The translations under genes and the position numbers were made by a program. From NCBI GenBank assembly GCA_973851085.1, contig OZ316776.1, positions 11,718,001 to 11,782,000 of the forward strand: a DNA stretch of 64,000 bases, written 5' to 3'. This DNA is from Ptychomitrium polyphyllum. Lineage: Eukaryota. Numbering within the stretch: the stretch's first letter is position 1; each line of letters starts with the position of its first letter. The notes below the pieces were generated by a model. The model was not told where the DNA came from and did not search any database. It was given only the letters and a program-made list of their open reading frames with translations. This document shows positions 12,501-24,600 of this stretch, piece after piece.

Positions 12501-15400
12501 ACCCGTATTTCTAGGCAAATCTCATAAATGTTTTTTATGTTCAATTCCATTTTCAATTCTGCTGGCCTGCATTGATCCCATTTAAGAAGTAGCAACCTAC
12601 AGCAGCTAACTTTAATCACTGTGATGGAATATGAGCTGCAACAAATTCTTCCTTCAAGTCCTCACATCATGGGACCAGTATTTGGCAACTTTTCCAATAT
12701 AGAAGTAAAAAGTTATATAGTTCTATCCACTTTTCACTCCAAGTCTAGTTTTGTGATTGTAGAGTTGGGTGAACCTACAATTTGGAGCTATATTTGTGAC
12801 AATTGACACATGACTCAATGGGTTCACCAAATCCGAAGCTTCAATGCAAATCTCTTTCTATGCCCGCATGAACCATAATGCTATATAATACACAGACTTT
12901 AAAATGATATGTTCAGGTTTTTCCGCATATGTGGTAGTACTAGCAAAGTGCTTTTCTATGGTGATATAGTAGAGAAACAGGGTGCACAGAGAACGTTTTT
13001 TTTTCTTTCCCTTACTCAATTCATGCACAGTACTATTACTCAAACATGAAAGGATCCAAACTCAATAGGTATTGTTCCATAATGTGGTCCTAAGTTTACA
13101 ATGCTATATCCTTCACTTATGTTCTACAACATTTAAGTTGATTGTTTAGTTAGTGGATGCAGATACTATTTTAAAAAATATGCATGCCTCCCTTTAATCA
13201 ATATGGCTCTACCTTCATATCCATTGATGTTGTCTCCATAACAGAATAAAAAAGAGTTGCAATTCTACGTGCCCTCATTTCTTACAACATTATCAAGGAT
13301 TAACTTAATCCACTTCTTCTTATTGAATCACAAATTGAAATCACTTCTATACTTTAGTTAAACCATTGTGTTTCCAAATATGTAAAAATACTTAAAATCT
13401 AAACTGAAATGTTTAAAATTTGGACATTAAAAACTGTTAAAACAATGTAGAGTTGGTTTCTTTCCTGGCTCATATTCAATCAAGTGTACATCAAATGATA
13501 AAACCAACTGTATAATCTAATTCAAAATGGTTCAGTATCTTCATTTAGAAATTGCCCTAAAATATTTGTATTTTTTCATAGTGTATTGTTTGCTATACTT
13601 TCTTAAAAATTTACCATTCCTTTGAAATTTACTCAATTCTTCAAGCCCACTTCTTTGAAATGAACTTGACTAATATTCCAAAGGACACTAAACCATGGCA
13701 CTTTTCATGCTATATCAAAATTATATTACACCTCACCTTGCATGTTTATAGCTTCTAGACTTAAGAAGCCTTACATTTGGACAAATCTCAAGGACTTTTT
13801 TAATTAGATCATTAAGATTGGTTGAAATTTCTTGCTCATTGATTATATATTTTAGTACTAGTGGTCTATATGAAAAAATTGCTTTGTCTTGTGGCTTTAT
13901 GTCATTTGTTGGAATTGTACTAAAATTCATTGATAAGGAAAAAATTTAGAATTTTGTAGCATAAGAGTGAATTGTAGTTGATTAAACATTTGTGATTTGT
14001 TAACAATGACTTGTTACAATCAATAATATTATGTTGATTTATATATACTTATGGTCAAGTAGAAAGATTATGTAATGTTATGCTCTCATAGTTAGTTTGT
14101 CACTTTTTCGACAAACATTTCAATAAGATTTGTTAAATGAATGTTATAAAAATGAATTGTTTTTTCAAATGTTAAGATTCTTTTTTCAAAATTTTTGTTG
14201 TTAATTTGAAGAATTAATTTGAGACTAATTTGCTATGTGGCTATAGTAATGTATTAGTAAACATTTTTTTAATACAACTTTGAGAATATATAATTTTGAA
14301 CCCATACATACCAAAATCATTGGTTTTTAGACTTGTTCCAAAAACATAAAAATGCACACAAAATTAGTGTTAATTGCAAATACATGGTGATTTATAATTA
14401 AAGGCTATCAAGCTTATCAATGTAGATGTAAAAATGTCTTGAATCTTTTGTAAACCCACCATTTTGGCACGGTTAAGTTATATTTGTTTGAGAATATTCA
14501 CTCTTGAATTCATGGTTTCAAATTAACTCTTTTGAATTAATACTTGCAAAATAGATTGAAAGCAAAAAGAGTCTTTGAATGTTTGGACACAGACGACGTT
14601 TGAACTCAGGTTTATATCACTAATAATCATTGAGTATTGGAGTTATTGGAAATACAAAGATGCTAGCATTGAAAATTTTGCTCCTATCAAGTGACTGGAT
14701 TTTCTGCATTAGGATATGTCCTCTAGTCAGGGCTAAACATGAAATGAAGAATGGAGTGAAATCATGGGTGAGGTTTCGGTTGAGAAAAGGGTTGGGTTTA
14801 TAAATAAATCTACTGTATCTTTTGCAATATTATGTTCATCCACTTTCATTCACAGCTGGGAAGAGTAATGAACTCCTGAATCCCTAATAATCAGCTTTTG
14901 TGAAAGCACAAGGCTTGTGACCTCCGATCAAGATGCATGTCATGTTGTATTAACTTAATGGAGTGCACTACTTCCAAACTTGGGATGATTTCAAATGCAT
15001 GGCAAATCTACAAATATATGTTTATGTAATTGGCTCAAGGCTATCTGTAGCACACATGAAAGCAACAATCTGCATGTGCAAAAGCAGGCAACAAGAAAAG
15101 TGTATATGAATCACTCGCTAGTATAAAGTGCTCATTTAAAAGTAAAGCATTTAAGCTCTGTATCAACAGCACACAGTGGATGAGTTCAAATAACTTTATA
15201 AGGCTGTTAGAAGAAAGCTTCCAAGTTCACATGCTACTCATGTTGCAGTATTTCATTAACAGGAAATGCTTCCAAAAGGTTTAAATAGCTATAAATAGCA
15301 ACAGGAAAAACTGTCTTCAATATCTGCAGCACGTGTGTACTTTCACAAAAGAGGAATTTTACAGCGTCTCAGAGGGAGGAGTTCTACACATGTTTCAGGC
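520..15400. other. Gene-free AT-rich block, probably decayed transposon or relic DNA
   Basis: No recognisable protein in any ORF. CG dinucleotides look scarce compared with the genic region after 15400 (visual impression, not counted). Short coding-like patches lie near 6600-7050, 9000-9530 and 11100-11400. Confidence 0.4.
901..1158. repeat. Minisatellite: 28-bp unit AATCCTGTTTTGTCAAATTAGTGAAAGG, 9 perfect copies plus a partial
   Basis: Identical units start at 901, 929, 957 ... 1125, with a partial unit at 1153. There are no spacers, so this is not a CRISPR array. Confidence 0.97.
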
Positions 15401-16339
15401 TTCCAAGTTCAGTAAGGTCCCATCACACCTAAATTACAATAGTTCGCACATATCCTGCATTTTCCATTCCACACTTCACACAACATGCTCAATCGCCTAC
15501 TGATGGATTCCATAATCTGGATCCTCCAGATTGATACTACCCAACAAAACACAATAAACGCATCCGCCGGGTATCTACGTGGCCAACGAATCCACCAGAT
15601 CAAACGTTGCCTACGAACCACAAAATGTAAAATACGAACAAAAAACCACCAAGACTCTGGGAGCCGGCACACCAATCACCGAGCAGCAGAATCTAACAAT
15701 CGCGCGCTCATAGGACCCGCGGCCCCACCCAGTCATAGGCCCGAATCTATTCTCCGGCGAACACCCCAAGAACACCGCACCAAGAGTCTATGCCGTCCCT
15801 AGCCACCCAATCTAAGCGCCTGGAGCAGAACCTTTAACAGAAGCATACCCAGGACCGTCACTATAACCCAAAACAAGCACCATCTTTGAAGTTTATAGAT
15901 TTCAAAATCTGGTTCGGAGGTACACATTCTAGGATGAGAGAATGGTGGCGGTTTTGGGTGGTCATCGTAGTCTCTTTGTAATCTACAGAGTGCATAGATG
16001 CGTGGTCTCTGCCGTGCGTGTGTCGGTGATTCTGTGCAGGTGCGCTAAGTTGGGGTGGTGTGGGGCGGAATCATGTGTGCCTGAGCAGCAGCTGATGATG
16101 AGATTGGAGAGCTGCAGTGATTATTTGAGAACTCTTAGTACTGTACCACGGCTGGTGCATTGGTGGCAGAGGACAATCAGTACCTGAGAGCGATGAGTGG
16201 CGAAGAGACCGAGATGGAGGGAGGGAGTTTGCGTTGGTGGAGGTTGGCCAACTGTGGCTGTGATGAAGTTTGCCGTGCATGTGCATGGGTGGTGGGGAGA
16301 GGTTTGGAGTTAGGTTTTGGTGATCAGGGTTTGGGGTTT

Positions 16340-16347
16340 TAGGGTTT
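16340..16347 (-). promoter_or_regulatory. Telo-box-like motif (TAGGGTTT = reverse complement of AAACCCTA) about 75 bp upstream of the GPAT9 ATG
   Basis: Exact motif match within a GGGTTT-rich leader; function is inferred only. Confidence 0.3.
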
Positions 16348-16420
16348 GGGGATTGGCGGGGAGTAAGGTTTCGGGGTCCTCGTTGTATGTGTGGAGGAGA
16401 GAGGAGGTGGTGAGGAGAGG

Positions 16421-19400
16421 ATGGGAAAAGCTGAGGAGGTGCAGCGGGGGGCGGGGGAGGAGTCGATAAGGCGGAGTCGTGGGGAGCCGATGCGGGTGGA
16501 GGATGATTTTCTTGGTGGAAATGCTGCGGAAGTAGAAGGCCTTGCTTCTTCTGCATATCGTGTCGAGAAGATGCAGCTGTAGGTTATTCTATTATTATGT
16601 GCTTTTGAGCTTGATTGTTTTCTCTCTCTTGGTTTCGTACTTTCTTGTTTTAGGAGGAGGAAGCCTTTGGCTCACGATGGCGACGTTTGGAGGTTGATGA
16701 ATGATCTGTGAGGTGTGATTTTGCTGGTGATCGCAGGCGAGACTTGTTGGACATCTCTCAAGTTCTCAGCGAAGCCGGGAGTGCCATTATTGATGTATGT
16801 GCAGTTTCCTTGTCGTTAATATTTTGGATGAGGAATCCCTTTTTTTACGCTGTAGGTTGTCATGTTGCTTATTACTATTATTCGTCGTTAATAGTTTGCT
16901 GAATTGCGTTGAGTTGAAAGAAGTATGATGATTTATTTCACAATGATCTGAGTTGCGATCTATGATACATGCAGGACTCTTTCACTAGATGTTTCAAGTC
17001 GAATGCTCCAGAGCCATGGAATTGGAATATCTACCTGTTTCCTCTCTGGGTGACGGGAGTGGTTGTGCGCTATTTCATTCTGTTCCCTTTAAGGTTTCAT
17101 GCTAGCCGGGTTCTTATTGAGCTTGTGCTAGTTCTTCCTAACCTGACTATTTCAGTTACATGCTGGATACTTGTTACTGATGTCCACTTGCTACAGAAGT
17201 TTTCTTCCTGGAGTTTCTTGTTCTGACAACTGAGCTCTGTTGGAATGAGCAGGGTCATTCTTCTGGCAGGAGGCTGGATAATATTTCTGGGTTTGTTCTT
17301 CCCTCTGCATGTGGCCTTGAAAAACCATGACAATCTCAGACGTCAAGTTGAGGTTAGTTAATATAAAGTTTTATGCTGGGACGACGATCGGAGCAGATGA
17401 TTAAAATATTTAATGTATCAGTCCTTTTTGTAAACGGGAAACAAACGTCTTAATGCTTCTTGTTATTTTACAGAGAGGCTTGGTGGAGTTTATATGTAGT
17501 GTGTTTGTGTGCTCATGGACTGGTATCATTAAATACCATGGACCACGGCCGAGTCCACGTCCCAAGCAGGTAGATCAATGCCCCAGTTTTGTGTTGTCAA
17601 TAGTGGGAAATCCTTCGCTTGTGGGGAGATTTTTGTTGCCGGTTTCATGGTAGTTTGTACGCGACAAAAGGATGAAAGCATGTCTGATCAATGTGGAGTT
17701 GGTTGTTGAGTATACAATGGAAACGATGTGGTCCAAGGCTCGGGCCAAGGCGACTTAAAAATACACATAAAGATCGATGTCTTTTTTGTATCGTGCAGGT
17801 TTTCGTGGCAAATCATACATCTATGATTGACTTCATCATATTGGAGCAAATGACTGCTTTTGCTGTAATCATGCAGAAGCACCCAGGATGGGTGGGTAAG
17901 TTGGTTTCTCATAAGTTTTAATTTATCTTGTATTCTAAGAAGACTTTGCATCAAGCCATTGTACTATAACATTGTTCTGGGTGTTTCTCGGCTTTGATCG
18001 CTATACTCTTCAGTGGTCGGTTTGTTCTGGTGTCATTGGCGGAACTTAGGGATCTGTTGTTTCGTACACGCTAAAATTTTGTGTGCATACTTTCGAACGA
18101 GCGCGATGAAAGGAGTATTAAAAATTATGGATTATGGACAGGATTTCTGCAAACAACCGTACTTGAAAGCCTCGGCTGTATATGGTTCAACCGGACGGAA
18201 GCCAAAGACCGGCAAATTGTTGCACGGAAGTAAACTCTTACTCTATGTTGCGACTTTGTTACTAGGTTTTCTTTTCCTCATGATCGCGTGTCCGTTCAAA
18301 CTTCCGAAGCATATTTTTGAGACGTGGATGCAGTCCCACTTGATAGTAGATGAACAAATGTTTTTACCACGAGCACTTGTTGAGCATTGATTTACCTCCT
18401 GAAGTACTTGGTGCAACTGTGGAAGATAGGCGTTAGTGAAAAATCAGTAGGGACAATTCTTTCTTCAGTCTTTCCCTATTTCTACAAGTCACTAAGTTCA
18501 GGGTTGGTCCGATTGGGATAGTACCATCTTGACGTTAATTAAGCACTGTCGTGTCTTTGTCACAGGCTGAAGAAACATATTGAAGACCCAGACTCGAACC
18601 CACTGCTGATCTTTCCCGAGGGCACATGTGTCAACAACGAATATACAGTCATATTTAAAAAGGTATTATTCGTCTCCATGGAAAGGGGTATTGTTGACTA
18701 CTATTTTTGTACTTAGTAAACTTTAAGTGTTTTGTGCTCTAGAAATCCTAGTAGAAATATGGACGCCTTATTCTAATGTTTTGTTTGCCAGGTATATAGT
18801 GAGGGACATTTCATTCTGGAAGGAGAACTGATTGCGTATCTTTAATGTGTCTGATGCCTGGTTTTACCGTCTTCAATTCATAATGTGAGTCCAAGTTATG
18901 TTTATATCTGCAAGTAATTCTACATCTATAGACCGCTGGACAAGTCTCTTCAGATCCAGTCAATTGGAGATGTATCTGTTTGAAACATCTGACTCCTTTT
19001 ATATGTTCAAGAATTTAGAAACTGGTTAAGTCACTGATATCTATATTATTTGCTGTCAAATATCCATGATGCTTAGGGCGCGTTTGAACTTGACTGCATG
19101 GTCTGCCCGATTGCAATAAAATACAACAAGATTTTTGTGGATGCCTTTTGGAACAGCAAGAAGTGAGACAATTGATTTTTGCCCATCTAAGCACAACATC
19201 ACAACTTTCTTTAGAGATCTGGCACGGCACGCAAATTGTGAAATTCTATGATTTGTTTTCTCTTGGGTGATTTCTCTCGGAAAATTTATAAGTTTTAATG
19301 CTGACAAATATGTCAATGGGTGTGCACAGGCAATCATTTACGATGCATTTGATGCGTTTGATGACTTCTTGGGCTGTTGTGTGTGATGTCTGGTACTTGG

Positions 19401-20050
19401 AACCTCAAACACTGCGCCCGGGTGAGACCCCGATTGAGTTTTCTGAAAGGTGCGTGTTTGAAGTTGAGAGGATTTTCAAGTGGAGATATATTATGCTTTT
19501 TATAGGTGTGCTAACGGTGTAGTGATACATGTAATTATTGATCCTGTTGAACACTGCTTGCATGCTGCAATTTGAGCAACTTGCTGTGCTTGCTCTGATT
19601 GACTGCTTGCGGCAGGGTGCGTGCGTTAATTGCAAAAAGGGCTGGAATTAAAAAAGTCCCTTGGGATGGTTACCTCAAATATTATCGACCGAGCCCAAAG
19701 ATCACAGATAAGAAGTATGTGATGTACTATCTCTGCATGCATTTCATTTTCCTAGAATGTACATGGAATGTTATAGTACACTCTTTTGTATGTGCAGATT
19801 AAAGTAAATATAGAAGGTGAGTTACATGGGTCCTAGGGGCTCTGCACTGTGCGCTCCATCCTGTGCTAGTCTGATGTTGTTCTGTAAAGCATACAATTGT
19901 GACACTTAAAACTGCTACGCAGTTTTGGGTTTGGATCCGTATGCGTGTTAAACTACCAGTGGCTAACACCATGTCCTTACCTGTTTCAGACAACAAGGTT
20001 TCGCAGAAGCTGTAATTAGAGGGTTGGAGGCAATTAAACAAACACAATGA
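16421..20050 (+). CDS. GPAT9: Glycerol-3-phosphate acyltransferase 9 (ER GPAT), 12 coding exons: 16421-16578, 16737-16794, 16975-17093, 17253-17352, 17474-17569, 17799-17895, 18142-18229, 18566-18663, 19077-19162, 19330-19449, 19616-19714, 19990-20050
   Basis: Spliced translation gives LRDLLDIS..AIIDDSFTRCFKSNAPEPWNWNIYLFPLW, the acyltransferase motif VFVANHTSMIDF (HxxxxD), LLIFPEGTCVNN, IKYNKIFVDAFWNS, LMTSWAVVCDVWYLEPQ and VPWDGYLKYYRPSPK. All introns are GT-AG and in phase. Confidence 0.95.
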
Positions 20051-20240
20051 CTGGCCAAACAGGAAAAGCATCATCCTGTTTACCTGGCCGAGTTCCTCTC
20101 CTTTAGTGATGCACTTAATACCGCCGTAGATCACTAAAGACCAGTTAATATTTCTCTCCGGAATGAACTGTCAGTGAGCTTACAGAGGGGATCCCAGTCC
20201 TCAGATACGAACTCTGCATGATATCATTTGTCCAAACTTA
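19719..20240 (+). repeat. Direct repeat copy 1: GPAT9 last intron, terminal exon and 3' UTR
   Basis: Matches 27390-27890. Near-identical up to the stop codon, then only patchy similarity. Confidence 0.95.
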
Positions 20241-21683
20241 CATATCTAATTCAATCAAGATGCTTATATACAATTGAATCTCCGATACTTCTCTGCTTCA
20301 ATTAGGATGCTCACGTTTAACAACGGCATCATCCATTTTGTACATCAACACCGAGTGCAGCAACCTCATACAACCCCTCGCTCAATTCCATCCTCCATGT
20401 GAAAATGTGGCCCCTATCAAGATCATTGTCGGCAACCCCAAAACTCTTTACACCATGCAAGATTGGTTTCTGATTTTTCTTAGCACAACAATCAGAAACA
20501 CATGTACTCTGCAACTGTGACCTTGTCCTTACAATGAAGATACTCGGCATCCCAAGATTGCCAGCACCAACACGGCCATGTTGAGTCTGCTGCAAGCCGG
20601 CCTACACTTGAGTTACCTACGTTTTGGGGATCCGGGAAGAGTTGCATGAGGTGAGGGAAACGCTGTCAGGACTAATTGAGAGATCTCGGTTGCGGTGCAG
20701 AGGTAGGGCATTGGGGTTGCATGACAGTTGTGGGTTAGGTTAAGCTAAGGTTGTTCCTCTGAAGTTCCTTTGTGATGAGACTGATTCGACTCTGCAAGAT
20801 GTGGTGATCTAGGTCTGCTCTCGACGAAACAATCGTCGTTGTTCAGTTGGTGTCCGCATTTTGAGCCCCACTGGAGAGTCCCAGTGAGGGATGAACGTCA
20901 CCTATAGTGGATCACTTGCCTAGGAGAAAGGGGAAAACTGTGGGGTTCTTTGGTTCTCGGATGATTACAGGGTTTTTGGGCCCCTTTTTTGGCTTCGGTT
21001 TGTACTCTGGCTTCTGCTTGCAATGGAATTCTCGTTTCGGTTGTGCCTAAATGAAATGTATCCTCGCCGAACTTCACGCTTGCAACGACCAGATTTTGTA
21101 TTGCAAGGTCTTAGCTTACATCCGGTAGTCTCTATTCAATTCATCAGAGTCGTCTCTGTGAGGAACTCACACTGATCACATTGCGCATTGGGTCTCTCTG
21201 CACAGTATTGTCAGCTTGAACGTGATGGAGGTCGCTTTGACTTCTCATCATCCTTGGATAGTCTGGTCACGTTTCATTCGTATCAGTGGGGACTCACATC
21301 GATCCGTTTTTACGTTTTGCAATGTCAGTCATCTCTTTACGTTGTCTGCTGCGATTTCTTCTCCAAATTCCAGTTTTAAGCAGCAGTGAAGACTCCAATT
21401 GTTGGTTCTGTTGAAGGAGCTTGCCAGCTTCGAGGTGTTCCGTGTGGTTTGTTGGGGGGTTTTCTCAAGTCTAGGCTGTTTTGTGCACTTATGTGGAGCA
21501 TATGGCAACTGGAAGGGAGGGAGTTTGGCGACGGTTCTGTGAAACTTTCCGTTTTGGTGAGGCGTTTGACTTTTTGTGACGTGTGTAGGGGGTTGTTAAG
21601 GATTATGTACATTCGACAGATTGCTGAGGAGGTGAGGTTGTGAGGAAAATGGCCGATGGTGACGGAGGAGCAGTAGGCGGTGG

Positions 21684-24600
21684 ATGGAGCACCCAGGATC
21701 GTGCGAGGTCGGAACTTTACGCGGGCGTATTCTGAATCCTACTCCTTTGGCTACTGCGTTACCAGCTGCTTACCCTGTTTTCAATGTCATGGAAGGTTTG
21801 TTGTTGCCACTGCCGTCTGACAAGCAAGGAGAAGGCATTAGTGAGAGTGCTAAACCTCTGCACCCGCATCCTGGCCTTTGGCATTCAGTACCGCCAATTG
21901 CCAGCATTTCGCCTTCCTCTACTTTCTCCGTTTCAATTCCGCCCGTGTGTTTTACGCATCCACCGCCCATGCCGCCCATGGGGTTCTCGCCTTTGACCAG
22001 CATGGAACGTCCTCCTCGCATTTTGGGGCCTGAAGGATTGCGATCGCCTGGAATGGTTGGTGTACTGGCTTTGCCAACTTTCCGTGACCATCATCCTCAT
22101 CCGCACAGCAGCCTGCCTCCAGGTCCTTCGCTTTCTTCATGATGTGGAGCTTGTATTAAGAAGCTTTGAAGGGACGATTTGTGTTGCAGGCGTAGCAGCC
22201 GAATTTGTGAGATTGCCCGTTGGGTTTTCTTTGTCACATCTGTAGTCGTATTGCATCCGCACTGGCTTGTGTTTAATGCGCGTTTGATTCCAGGAATGAA
22301 CGAGGCTGGAGTTACTTCTGATCATCTGACCCCAGCTGCTGTACAGGAACGCCTAAACAGTTCAATCCCCATGCGTCCTTCTTCGACCTGCGAACAGGTA
22401 GAAACCGTTGTTATTTACAATGTGTTCTGCATTGAGAACTACGCATTGGCAGGGTTGCGAGGTTTTGGTGGTTTCTATGTGAGTTTGTGTTTTGATTAAT
22501 TTAGGGAGTTTGCGAATTATATCTCGAGTGAGCACTGAGCCTATCATATGGGTTTCTCATACTCGGAGAGTCTGTTGATACCAGAACGAGGGCTTTCTTG
22601 TTGCTCTAGTGCAGGTGTGCAAAGTGCAGTTTTCGGATGTATTCGATCAGCGACGAGAGCGTTAACTTTTCAGAGTGTTTCTTTTTGACATTCTCATGGC
22701 TACTGTTGATGATGATGACAACATTCGTATTTGGCTAGTATATTAAGCTTACCAGGTGCTTGTGCATGCATTAAAATGCTGACTGATATTAACTTGTACT
22801 TGTCTAATTTTGACATGTTTATAACAGTAGTAGTTGTCCTATGTTTGTCCAATTCGCTTCGCTCTCCTGTGTATCTGCTAACTTGGGTATGTACTCTTGT
22901 CTGTAGAACGTGATCGATAAGTCAGAGCCAGAACCAGAGCCAGAACAAAAGCCAGAACCAGATCCAGAACCAGATCCAGAACTAGAACCAGAGCGGGAGC
23001 AATGCCCTTTGCCAATTCCAGTGGATAAGGTATGAGTCGTAGTTGAGTGTGTGAATTGATGAATCAATCTCTCCTGAGGTGGGATGTTCGGTTGTAGAAA
23101 ACTTAGATAGTAGTGAATAATCAGGCCAAGAAGCAAATTGAGTAGGGCGTACACGGTTGCGTGGTGTCTCCTGCAGAAAGCAGTACTTCTAATTGCTTCA
23201 AGTATATCTCCTCCAACGAATCTGGTTTCTTTGGATCCATTTATGAGTTTGACAGAACCCCCACATGTTCCTAAAAGCTATCCCAGAGATCCTGTTCCGC
23301 AAGGTGGAAGAGGCGAAGGTTGGCCTTACGCTCCGCAGGGTTGGCCGAACCCTGATGACAAATGGGCTTGGAGAGTGGGCAAGCGAGCATCCGCCAGTTC
23401 GCTCCGGATCGATAGATACATCACGGTGCCAATGAGCCTCGTGAAAGGTAAAAGGGCTGCTTCTAAAATTGAATTTGCGAGTCGAAAGAGCCTTGTGGAA
23501 TTCTTGAGGCAAATATTTCCTCAAATGAAGGACCCTTACAGTATCTTCAAAGCGTTTGACTGGAAGGTTCCTGCACCGACGAAGTTCGAAGGTACTGCTC
23601 TTCTCTTGTTTGTGCCTCATTTCTTATCAGATTCTGAAGATGAAAATTATTGTCATAGCAACATGTTTATGGGAGTATCGCATTGGGAACGTTGTATACT
23701 TCATAATAGATGGAAGTTCATACGGAAGATGAACAGACCGTAAACATTGGTGTTTTTAAGGTTGATGCCTTGTGTTAGAGAGAGTGCCCTTCATATACTG
23801 CTTAGGATATAATTGACGAATATTCAACGGGTGTGGTTGGTTCTTATAGCTTTTGACAAGCGTGAAAAGCGGGGACTGTCTGCCAGAGGCGATAAACCAG
23901 CGCCCATGGATGGTGAAGAAAATGAGCAGAAGTCAAAGAAACAGTGTCAGGCAGGCAATTCCCATTGCCATCTTACAAATGCTAAGCACAGTGAATCAGA
24001 TTCATTGGGGATTTTGGTCTGTCAGATATGCTGTACAGAACCCGGCTTTTGTCGAGAGTGTAAATGTATACTTTGTTGTAAAATTTTCGCGCCAGACGCT
24101 AGTAAGTTCAGTATCATTCGGTGCCTCAACTCTCCCACATCTGGGCAAGGCAAATGTGGCCATGCAGCCCATGTTGAGTGTGCATTGGATTCTCAGCTAG
24201 CTGGGGTTATTAAAAAGAATGGGCTGGATATGGAATATTTGTGCCGACGCTGTGACAGGAAGACAGATTTGAAAGAGACTGTTAGTCGTTTGATTGAGTT
24301 TATGAGCAGTACCTCGACACAATCGAAGGTTGAAAGTCGTCTCCAGCTTGGATTGCGAATAGTGCAAGACCCAGAGAATGAGGCTCGTTGTTCAGGAAAG
24401 ATTCAGGCGATTCAGGCGACTTTAATTGAAGCTCTTGAGAAGGTGATGCTCTAAATTTTACAATCATTTTATTCTTGTCACATATGTGAGTCTAATAAAT
24501 TTTTAACACTGTTACGGAGCTAAACATTTCAAAGTATATCAGTGCACATTGATTGTAATGACATCATAATAGGGCCATGCTTCACCTTGCGAGAAAATTT

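Noticed and set aside
16071..16556. 161-aa Pro-rich minus-strand ORF
   Set aside because: Antisense shadow of the G-rich GPAT9 leader and first exon.
19799..20134. Duplicated minus-strand ORF (also 27471-27785) as a small gene family
   Set aside because: It is antisense to the GPAT9 intron and last exon; the similarity is explained by the DNA duplication.
20290..20600. Possible Helitron-like relic (minus frame KVTVAEYMCF*LL)
   Set aside because: The resemblance is too weak, with many stops and no termini found.
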